Shown here piece after piece: positions 1 through 11,187 of a stretch of DNA of 64,000 nucleotides. The DNA is from Asterias rubens (lineage: Eukaryota). Numbering within the stretch: the stretch's first letter is position 1; the number at the start of each line of letters is the position of its first letter. The DNA is taken from positions 2,108,001-2,172,000 of the forward strand of contig NC_047079.1 in NCBI RefSeq assembly GCF_902459465.1. The letters are read 5' to 3'. The notes under the pieces are model-generated. The model saw only the letters and a program-made list of their open reading frames with translations. It was not told the DNA's origin and searched no databases. The position numbers and the translations under genes are program-made.

Positions 1-3000
1 CATTGTCTTACTCATTTCCCAAAAATACAGCACCTCAGCGCGTAATATTTTCAGGGAAGCTTTCTACTATCATTATCTTCAAACTGTATAAGTTTGGTGT
101 TAATCTGTGGACATTGTATTTTTGTCCCACAAAAGTTACATAAACCCTTTAAGTTCACAGTTACTGAGTTTCGTCAGCGCCGTGCAATGCTCTTAAGTAC
201 TCAAACTACTTCGATACTTGTTTGTATAAAATAATATAGCTTTTGGGTTCCACTTTTATTGGATAGCAGACAAATTCGTGACGTTACTCCAAGCACCTTT
301 AATACAGGGGTTTAACATTGCTTATTAGCTGTTGGGGAACTGTACCGTATGTTTAATTTGGGGGCTCTTAAATATAGAGCGCCGCCGAGAGTTTAATCTG
401 GAAGTTATCATTATTTTAAGTTAGGTGGGTGAAGTACAAATGTTAAATCGGTGCCCATCTTGAGTGATTAACGTAAAATGTCTCTGTAGGGACTGGATTG
501 TGGTTGTCAAATAGTACTCAACCTAGTAGGGCTAGTGAATTTATTTTACAAATACCGTATTATCGAATACATTGTCAGTAAATCTCTTGCAAGGGCAAGC
601 CTGAAAACTCAACTTGCCCGTTTTCGTGAGGTATGTTAAACTTTTACGTTTCAATAGCCGCTAAAATTTGCAATCGATTGAAACCTAAACAAAATCATCA
701 GAATAAAAGTTTCTAGTCTACAGACAACACAGTTTGTTGTTTGTTATCGTGTTTGTTGATAACATAGTTTCAGCTAAGCCAGGTGCAATTTACAAAGTTT
801 TTCCGAAATGATACCATTATTTTAAGGAAAACAAGATATCGAATCAATGGAATTTGTTCCTTTTTAAAATCTTTTTGGAATCTCAATTGGTTGAACTCCA
901 ACCGAACCGTCCCCCTCGGTTCAAAGGGCAACTATAGCCTCAGCCACAAGATGCTACGATTTGAAAGCGTTGTTTATGTGATATATTTTGTTTTAATTTG
1001 TTTGAGTAGTTTTTTTTTTCCTAACTTATCTACGGCCTTCAAACCAAAGGGTTGCGTGTGGTGCTTCATGACGGTATGTCATTGGCCACCAATCTGCCAT
1101 TCTAATAGAGATCAATGAATTGTGGATTAAACACTTTCGAAGTTTTGCCCGCTAGTGTTGTGGAAGGAGATGTTGTCCCTTAGATAGCATGTCCTTCATA
1201 CGGCGAAACGTGAAGAACCCCTGACATCACGCTCCGAGGGTCGTGATCAATATAACACCAGATACCAGCCTGACCAGATGTCCCTTTAGCCTCGCATTAT
1301 ATGTACTCATAGTAGTGAATACAATATGTGAACCTACGTGTACACAATATATGCACACACTGCGTGCAGACGATCGAAAGCCCAAGACTGACCAAAACAT
1401 CACTTCTCGGACTAATCACAACTTTCAAAATTCGGAACCCTTACGTCAGAGCACGTTTATCCAATTAAACTACATTGTATTTGGAATGTAAGACCAGTGC
1501 CTAAAGAAAGGGAACGAGTCCATTAGCGTCCTCGTATGATTTAACTTCGATGGCCGCTTTTAATTCGCCGTATGCCACGTCAGAACAAGAGTAACAGTAA
1601 CGACTTGGACTGAGACTAATCGTACAGTTTCGTCAATGCGAAATATGCCACATGTTCAAAAACAGATAAGATTTACATTATATGGTGACTTCGTCAATGC
1701 TGATGTCCATAAAGAGGAGTTAAAAACTCTGAACATGTTTCTGCTGACCGACTTTTCGACTCATTATCTTTTCTCTATAATAGCATCACTGACACCATGA
1801 AGTTATTGTTCCTGGATCTCGGTGAGTATGTTTCCCCTTTGCAGTTCTGGCCAATTTGCTTTGTAAGTTTCCTAACATACGTTAAGAAACAAAATGAGCT
1901 AAGAACCAAACGAAATAAGGCAAGTTTTAAAGGCAGTGGACACTATTGGTAATTGTCAAAGACTAGCCTGCACAGTTGGTGTATCTCAACATAACAGACT
2001 GTTTCTTTATTTAATACCTTCAACAATGAGTTTGTGGCGAACTTGGCGTGATTATGACAATGTATAATTAAAATCATCGGTGAGCTTGGATCCTTCATTT
2101 TGTAGATCAAATATCTGACTCCACTCTCATTAAATGACCATGTTAGTTCACGTACGTATGAGAGAAAATTCACACAGCTAAGAAGGATTAAGGCAAATCA
2201 TTATTCTTATTCTAATCAAAACATCTTTGCAACCACTAATCTCATAACAAACGCTTTCATATCCCAGAGAGCCAAGCCGTCCTAAGGCAACGGTCCCTCT
2301 AAGGCAACTATTCTCCGCTCTCCAGAGTAGATAGCAGCGCCATAATTTTGTGCCCGGCAAGTGAGCGTTTATACGTTTTGAAGACCGATGTCCATTCGAC
2401 ACAAATCAATTGTTTATTTTCTATATTCTATAAATTATGCCAAAAATATTATTTACTAAATTCTTTGATTTGGGGTTGAACAAAGAGCATTGACAAGAGT
2501 GGGACTCTTCGTTTGCGGTCTCCCTATGTTGTCAATAATTATGTTGATTTTGTTTTTGACTTTTTTTTTTACCAATCAAAAGTTCCCTTCTTTCAGACTA
2601 TGTGCCCTAGAGAGCGTGGATATGGAAAAGGTTACATATTTGATAGCCTCTATCGAGTCTGCGGGTAAAATAAAAAAAATAAAAAAATTCCGAAAGGACT
2701 CATCCCAAATGCCGTTTACAAGTTGGATACTGTCTGGTACAATGAACTGTTTAGTCACAATGTACCACTTAAATTTGAATAACTCAGACTATAGAGATAG
2801 TTGCTATGTCAAAATTGTTTGGGGCAAGCCTTTGCATAGCAACCTCCATAAGCAAACCCCGGTACCGTTGTGCCAAACACATTAATTTGTATGATTCTTT
2901 GCCGTCTCTTGCGTTACTACGGAGAGGTTTGCCCGAATCACGTGTCATAGCAACTTTCTTGAGGAATTCAAATGTAGGCGGTAACTTTTGATCAAGCACG

Positions 3001-3047
3001 TCGTTGTACTAGACAATAATCAAATCTAACACCCAGAATGGCTTTAT

Positions 3048-6000
3048 TTAAACACATGTAACGTCTCCGTTTGTCTTTTCATTTATCCAGGCACAGTAGT
3101 TTGATATCTTTGTGTATACGCCGGGATACTTTGCCAAGGCGCAACCGGTGCCCCAGCTGACGATACCTCTAAGGCGCACTTTAGGCACATGCGAGGACTT
3201 GGCGAAGTTACTGACAATTGGACCACCGCTGTCACCCTGTTGACGAATAATAGCAACCACAAATCAGTGATGAAAAGATTCGTGGACAAAATTTCAATGC
3301 AGTTCAAAGAGCGACTTTTTTAGTGGGGCTAGGTGGCAGCAGACTTACCAGGTAAATGCACTCTTCTTTGTAATATGCGCATGCTCAGAACAACCCAAAA
3401 TGATTGAAATTTACCTCATAAAGTATGCTGCCACCTAGCGTCCCAACGTGTCCCATATACAAATAAAAGTTCTTCCAACGGGACAATTATTTGAAAAGTT
3501 TGAAATCACTCACTTGACAGGAACCTTTCCCTCCATTGGGAACACCAGCACAAAACATGTTAGGTGTTGCTTTTTTGTAGGCTTTTTTACAGTCTTGGAG
3601 ACTCTTTGCGTACTCTACAACCTCATTCAGTTCAATAGGAGCTGCCATTACGCTTGCTATAGTAAAACAAAGATACCATAATTAGGTATCTACAAATCAG
3701 ACTTGTTGTCTCTTACAGCCCAATAACTTGTCGAGGAGGAGTCTGACGTCACAGGTTAGAACATGTAAAACAGTAACAGTTGTTGCCATGTGTTCTCGTT
3801 TGATCATACAGCGGCACTTCTGCGCATAGTATAAAAGTAGACTTTTAAGTTTTTGGTTGATGTCATTGGATGCATTGTCAAAAAGTGAAATCTGGATTAT
3901 TCAATTCACATGGCAAGGCCAGGTGATATGAAAAACCATATTCTGCGTCAATGCAAAACGACCCGCTGTTTTGTCTTATATTACTACAACCCTCAATACT
4001 CGTGATTTGAAAGTTTATCACATACACACAAGAAAAACATGGAAACAAACATCTATTAATATCCAACCAACACTTTGAACATTCAAATAAAGGAAACAAA
4101 AACTGTCAGAGCAATTTGTGAAACAATCCACGTTGACGCTTACCTTACCTGCCTAGTCACGGCCTTGGCTCAAATTGGGCAAACGGGTGGGAATGAATTT
4201 ATTTGTTTGGGCCAACGCTTTAACGCATACAAAGATGGTGCGTTCGTTTAGCTTCCCTGGGTCGACCCCGGTGTGTGGCGGATTTTTTTTCCAGGACGAA
4301 GGTGGGTAGTTATCTGCACACGTTCGTCCTGGAAAAGAAAACGCCACACACCGGGGTCGACCCGGGGAAGCTAATCGAACGCACCCATTCTTAAACCACG
4401 ATTACATAGTAGAGCGTTTTGACAGTTCTCTAATCAAAGTAACACGTGAGGGGAAATAATGTATTTTTTATCAATTCTGCTTGCCTTTGGTGTCTAATCT
4501 TCCCCAACCGCTAACGAGCAACTCCAGGCCCTCCGTAGGGGGGTTAAAGCTAATGCTGATTGGTTGAACATCGGTGTTGTAGACGGCGGGAGTGTCTAGC
4601 TGGATTAAGGCTATGTCGTTGTTATAATTGTGCCCACCAAGACCGTACTCAGCATGGCGGATCCATTTGCCTGTTATAACCTGCTGGTTTGGTCCATCGT
4701 GTTGATCTCTCTCGTGATACCCGAGACCAACGCGTGCGACAACACTGGTGTCTTTAGGCCTAGAAGAAAAAAAGTACATTCAAACAAACGTAGTCAAGGA
4801 TAGACTGGGCCCCTGTCTTTATCCTTGTCAAAAGTCATACTACACGCCGGTTTTCACTGCCGGTCTTTGGCGTTATTCACGAGCCTCGAAGAATGACGTC
4901 AGACGTTCAGGCTAAAGTCAAGAGTGTGATTCAATAGGGACTTTTAGGACACTTGGTGGTAGCAGACTCACCAGGTAAAATATAATAACGTTCATGGAAT
5001 ATATATATAAAGCTGTACAATGGGGTTTTTCCCAAGAAGAAGAAAACATGCAGACGAGGGCTGTGTTGTGTGGATGAATAGCTTTATATATCTATCTTGA
5101 TTTTCTCCAAATTGAAATCAATGTAACCAAGCCGAGGCTTGAAGGGAAAACAGTCTAGTGTACAATGAATACTAGCATCCAATACTGTTAATGGATACGG
5201 GGAACACGACCATGATGATAAGGGGATTGATAATTGTGTGCTTATGCCTAAATATAAACTTGACGTGAATGGATACTTACGCACAGTGTGCGGCAGTGAC
5301 AACCCAGTTGTTGTGAATTAACGAGGCCCCGCAGAATATTTTCATTTTCTTTGACATCATTCCCACCTGGTAGGGTCGGCTGTGTGGGGTAGACTCTTTT
5401 CCACCAATGATGAGGGGCCGGGAACCCAAACAGCATGGGATCAGCACAGCTGAAATATAGCAAAACATAAACATTAGACCAAAGATGCCTAAAATAAATG
5501 ATCTTAAAACAAGAGTTCATAATGAAAACTGAATGTTTAGATAACCCTGGCGGCCTTTGACTTTCGTGTTTTGTGTACTGTATACAGCACAAAGAAAGAC
5601 CTGTATGGGGATAGGGGTTTAAGTCAATGTGTGTTTAAGTCAATAGGGATGTTAGTAGCTGCACGTTACGCGCCGAGCAAACACATGAACGTGACCGTCA
5701 AAAAACTGTGTTGTTTCTAGGTGACGCCAACACTTAGGGCTTATTTATTGCATGCTCATGTATGACGTATGCACGTACATACCTGACGTTAAAAATGGTA
5801 ACTTCACGCATTCTTAAAACTCGAGATTTTAACGACATAATTTTCTGACGTTCACGTTCACGTTTTTGCTTGCAAACCGTGCGGCTAAACCTCACTATAT
5901 AGTGTGTCATTGTGTGTTACTGACATCCCACAGTCTACAAGTAGAAACACGCATGGAAATTGAGCACAGAAAAGGCGGTAATGCATTCAACAACTTTAGA

Positions 6001-6336
6001 GCAGCAACACAAAGGCACGATTACAAAAAGAGTGCAGCATCTTAGACATAGGTAATGTACCAAGTAGCACTATGCCAAACATAACTTCTTAAGCAGAACA
6101 TCTTATTGCTTAACAATGTTATGCTCGGCAAAAATAAGAGCAGGAAAGCAATCACACTCGGTGCTAGTGTGGCACGATACTTTGGCTGTTTATCCTGTTC
6201 TGGTAAGCATAATTATGATGTGCTTAGCTACTTTGGGGGTTTAAGCAGCACTATGAAAATGGGCCATTGACGAGCCTTTTGTTGTTATACATTATTAGAA
6301 AATATACTCACCTAGAGCAAAGATAGCACACTTCAT
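3048..6336 (-). CDS. Secreted S1A (trypsin/chymotrypsin family) serine protease, copy A, 5 exons, 266 aa
   Basis: Exons (minus): 6312-6336, 5281-5449, 4485-4759, 3514-3656, 3048-3236 = 801 nt, one open frame. Signal peptide [17 protein letters not shown], then SRPL-IIGG. Catalytic motifs TAAHC, NNDIALI and GDSGGP are present, with SWG and YPGVY. Intron 3 has a GC donor; the other introns are GT-AG. Confidence 0.93.
4237..4386. mobile_element. MITE (GGGTGCGTTCG TIR family) in intron 3 of copy A only
   Basis: GGTGCGTTCGTTTAGCTTCCCTGGGTCGACCCCGG ... CCGGGGTCGACCCGGGGAAGCTAATCGAACGCACC. Confidence 0.8.
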
Positions 6337-9300
6337 TGTCACAGTGATTTACGTCGTGTTGTAACAGGCTGTAATAGTGGAACGGATCAGTCGGAGAAAC
6401 AACAGTACACTGCCTGTCCACCATATTGCCCGAGATTTTATTACGCAAAAATTATCGTCGCCGATAAGACAGAAGAAAAATATCAGAGATGTCACAACAC
6501 ATGGTGTTTTCACACCACGTAATGACCGTTTTTTAATAGTTCGTTCTGACCAGTTCATAGTTGATGATGAGGGCAAACTATGAAGTAGGCTACACGTGTG
6601 AAATTTCCAAACTTTTTACTGAAGTTTTGGCTCTGACTATCGTTGCGGTTACGGCTGCATCACAAGAAAGGCATGCTCTGCTATTCTGCATCTGCAGAAA
6701 TGTCGGTTTCACCTTTGTGCCGACATGTGTTAGCACTGTTTAATCAAAACTATCTAGAGCTCTGTGGAAAAAACGAGCATAATTACTCGGTTGGGATTCA
6801 GCAAACAACCTTAGCAATAATATTCTAGCGAAGTGTCTTACTTAAACTAGACTACCGAGATTGCCTGGTGGCTAGAGGCAGTTCAAATCCTAAATTGTCA
6901 GCAGCGGGTAGGTACCACAACGTTTTTGTTGATGTTAACTTTTTTTTTTTTTTTTTTAAATCAGCACAAGAGCTGTTTAACATTATGGTACTGTGTTATA
7001 ATAACAGGAAATAGGAAAACATTACTTAAAACAAAATACAAACAGTAATTGTAATTTAATTCGGGGATTAAGAATATTAATGTTGGTTTAACCCTTACTC
7101 CGACAAGAGTTAGCACTGTATACTCGCTAATATACTGAGTTCTTCTGATAAATGCTACCCTTAAGGTTTTCTTTGTTCTTAGTGATATCGTACAAACAAT
7201 TTTTTCAGGAAAGAAAGTTATGGAAGTTACCTGGGACTACCAAAAGTTTGTGTCTGTTTACGTGCTGTAGTTAAAGCTGATTGTTTTTAATCGATATTTT
7301 CATAAGGTCAGTTTCGTGTTATCACAGAGACAATAGTCGTTAATCACTAAAACAAAAAGGTTATAATGAACTTTTTTTTATAAGTCTTTCCTAATAAGCA
7401 TTTATTAATTTTTATCAAAACAAATTAATTACTCTTCATAGAAAGAATAAAACCAATCGCATCATAACAGTATTGGCATCTTCCCATGTGAAGTTGCCAT
7501 GTATTTGTCGGTGACGTATATCCCGTGACGTCATCTGGCTTCATTCGTTACATTTTGGGCCCATGAGTGGCACAGTTTGTCTCTTTTTGGTCTTGTGTTT
7601 CCTTCGTGTAGCGTCTAGCGTCAATATGAAATTGATCAGCCGTTTATTACTGCTGATTTTTACACTTTGCTTGTTCTTGATAAGTTGTACCAAATAACAG
7701 ACTTCTCCACAGCATTTTCCGCGGTGGTAAAAAATATTAAAAAAAAACATTTTGAACGAAATCTGTCCACCAATTTGATTTTATGCAGCGCCCTCTGTTG
7801 TCAACATGCTACGAAATCGTGGAGAGCGCTGTGCAACTTTGATAAGAACGCAATTATTTATCAATTGTCCCTATGCAGTGTGCCGTAATAACAATGCATA
7901 CCGGTTGAAATATATATCAAAAGGGACAAGACGAATTGCCCGTTCTGTCTTAATTTGACACTGATTTAGATGGGCATAATCGATGATGGATAACCATAAA
8001 CATGGATGAACTACAACAATGATTGGTAATTAATTAGGCCTTTCAAAGGTAATGGTAGATTTACACGAGCATTAAATACACTGGACACATTCGGTAATTG
8101 TCATAGACCCGTCTTCTCATTTGGTGTATCTCAACATGCACAAAATAACAGACCTGTACAACTTTGAACTCAACTGGTCGTGTCAACTTTGCAAAATAAT
8201 AATGGAAGAAAAAGAAATTGTCACACGAAGTTGTTTGCTTTCAGATGCTTGATGTTGGGACTTCAAACACTAATTCTGAGGTCTCGAAATCGATCTCAAA
8301 CTGACAAAATGGTGCCAGCATGACAAGCCCACAGGACAACTTGCATTCATATCAAAGTCGTACAGCGCTCCACGGTTTCGTGTATCATGTTGTCAACAGA
8401 GGGCGCTGCATAAAAACAATTTGGACAGATTTCGTTCTAAATGTGGAGCAGTCTGTTAATAAGTAAAACTTGCCAGTGACCATGCAGTGTAAAAAACAGC
8501 AGATATATTAACGTTCAGCTGAAAAGCAAATTTATAGTGACCTACGTTTTGAATTATTCGAACTTACACAATGCTACAAAAAAGCCAACAGACCCCCCCC
8601 CCAGCCCACATATGTTGATGTGACATAACTCTAGACGTTATACACGAAGAAAACACTAGACCAAAAGAGAACAATTCTGCATTATTCGCCACTCAATATG
8701 ACGATGTAACGAAGTAGCGTTATGACGTCACGGGGTAAACGTCACCAATTAGACACATGTCAACTTTACAGGGGAAGATGCCCTTACTGTTATATAATTG
8801 TTTGTATTTTTCCTAGAGAATAATTTATTTGATGATAAAATTGTGGAAAAAACACTTACAAAGCCAACAAGTCAATAAGACCTGTTTTTACTAGTGATAA
8901 CAAAGTTGTTTTTCTCTGTGATAGCACGAAACTGACCTTGTGAAAATACCGATTAAAACAATCAGCTTGAACTATAGTATGTAAACACACACAAACTCTT
9001 AATAGTATCAGGTTACTTCCATTGTTCGATAATTCTCTTTTCTGAAGAAATTATCTTTGGGACACCACCAGAACAAAGAAAACCTTAAGGATCGCATTTT
9101 TGCAACATAACTCGGGATAATACTGAGTATACAGTGCTAACCCATGTCGGTGTAAGGGTGAGACCACAACTATTATTCTTTATCCCCGAATTATAAATTA
9201 AATAATATCAATAAATAATTTGTGATACCCGCTGCTGACAATATAAAATTTGAACTGCCTAATAGCTACCGGGAAATCTTGGTAGTCTAGTATAAGTGAG

Positions 9301-9403
9301 AAACTTCCATGGAATATTATATATTGTAAAGGTCATTTGCTGAATCCCATCTCAGCAATTAGCTTGTGATTTTTTTTCACGTAGCTGTACAGGACCCTAC
9401 CTG

Positions 9404-10375
9404 GGCCCAATTTCATAGAGCTGCTTAACGGTCGATTTTGTGCTTAACGGGTGCACCTAGCAAGTTTTTCATTTCATAGCCTTGCTTAAGCAAGTTTTTT
9501 GCTTAAAACGGCGAGGCAAGCAAGCAAAAAGGGTCCTTAAAGCCCCATTGCTTAAGCACCCTGTTTAAGCGCCGGGCTGCATCCCGTAATGGTCGATTTT
9601 GTGCTTAACGGGTGCACCTAGCAAGTTTTTCATTTCATACCCTTGCTTTAATAAGCAAGGTTTTTTGCTTACATAGGTAAGCAAACAAAAAGGGTCCTTA
9701 AAGCCTCTATTTTGCTTAAGCACCCTATTCACACAGCGCAAAGTGCAACACTCATTGCAAACGATGTTGTTGTGCCGGCACAGCGGTGATTGTACGTGCG
9801 TTTGTATGGTAGGTGTAGCGAATAAACGAGTGTCTAAAATGCTTCAGAATCATGCTGTACAATGTACTATCTTCTTGTTTACTTTCAAGTTAGTGTGTAA
9901 ACCTTTCGAGGGGCACTTTGAACCATTACAAATAATACATATCAGACACAGAAGGTGATGAATTTTTTTTATCGCCACTCGAGTGCATTCCGCATTTGTT
10001 TCGCCCGCCATTTTGTCAGCACCTTCTTCTTTTTCGCTTAAGCAAACGATCTAAAATGTTGCGCGCGCAGTTTGTTTACGTGCTTAGGCTAGCAACCGCT
10101 GGTGAAATAGGTTTACGCTTAAACAATTTTTGTTGCTACGTTAAGCCAAAATATTTGCTTACCGTTAAGCAGCCCTAGGCCATGCACACAGTGCAAAATA
10201 CACTGCCTTCTTCTGTTTTGCTTAAGCAAACGATCTAAAATCTCCGCGCGCAGATTGTTAACGTGCTTAAGCTCGTGTACGTTTAGCATGGAATCCGAAT
10301 GGTTTTAAGCAATTATTTTTGCTACGTTAAGCGAAAAAATTTGCTTACCGTTAAGCAGTTCTATAAAATTGGGCC
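9404..10375. mobile_element. Non-autonomous Harbinger-like element with CTG target-site duplication, right arm only
   Basis: TIRs GGCCCAATTTCATAGAGCTGCTTAA / TTAAGCAGTTCTATAAAATTGGGCC are flanked by CTG on both sides (9401-9403 and 10376-10378); internal direct repeats are present. Confidence 0.8.
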
Positions 10376-10438
10376 CTGATTTTAAAAGTAAATCGCCATT
10401 TACTGCAGATGCAGAATAAAAGAGCATGCCTTTCTTGT

Positions 10439-10868
10439 ATCATTTTCTCGCAACCCAAATACACACACGCATCCACTCTTCTCAAACAATTACACTGGTT
10501 ACCAGTTAAACAACGCATCACCTTCAAAACTTTAGTGAACATGCACAAAGCACTCTCTGTTCACGTACTTCCACAATACCTTACAGAGTCGCTAAATTTC
10601 AACAAACCTGGCCGGAGTGGGCTCCACTCCAGCCAGAATCTAACAATCCCTCGCACACACAAAAGGGCAGAGGACCGGTCCTTTTCAGTCGCTGGTCCCC
10701 GGTGCTAGAACGCCCTACTAAGTCATATTCGGAACACTAACACACTCCATACATTCAAGAGTAAATTAAAAACACATCTATTCTCATAATCTTCTTTTCC
10801 GTAGCACTCTTCCAGCGCATTGAATTTTTTAAAAAGTATCGTTTATTATTATAATTATTATTATTATT
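10439..10868 (+). mobile_element. L2-clade LINE 3' fragment with (TTA)n tail, right arm only
   Basis: LHWLPVKQRITFK...YL...FSVAGPRC*NALP..IR...FKSKLKTHLF. It interrupts CTTTCTTGT|GATGCAGCC, which is contiguous in the left arm (~6655-6670); TTGT is a possible TSD or microhomology. Confidence 0.88.
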
Positions 10869-11081
10869 GTGATGCAGCCGTAACCGTAACGACAGTCACA
10901 GCCAAAGCTTCAGCAAAAAGTTTGGAAATTGGACACGTGTAGCCGACTTATCATTTTGCCCTCATCATCCAAATTGAACTGGTCAGAACGAACTATTAAA
11001 ACAAGGTGCTGTGAAAACACAATGTGTTGTTACATCTCTGATATCTTTCTTCTGTCTTATCGGCGACGATAATTTTTGCGT

Positions 11082-11088
11082 TATAAAA
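11082..11088 (+). promoter_or_regulatory. TATA box of protease copy B
   Basis: TATAAAA lies 106 nt upstream of the ATG. The homologous site in copy A (6436-6443, minus) reads TAATAAAA. Confidence 0.55.
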
Positions 11089-11187
11089 TCTCGGCCAATA
11101 TTGTGGACAGGCAGTGCACTCTTGTTTCACCGACCGACCCGTTCCACTATTACAGCCTGTTACTACACGACGTAAATCACCGTGACA

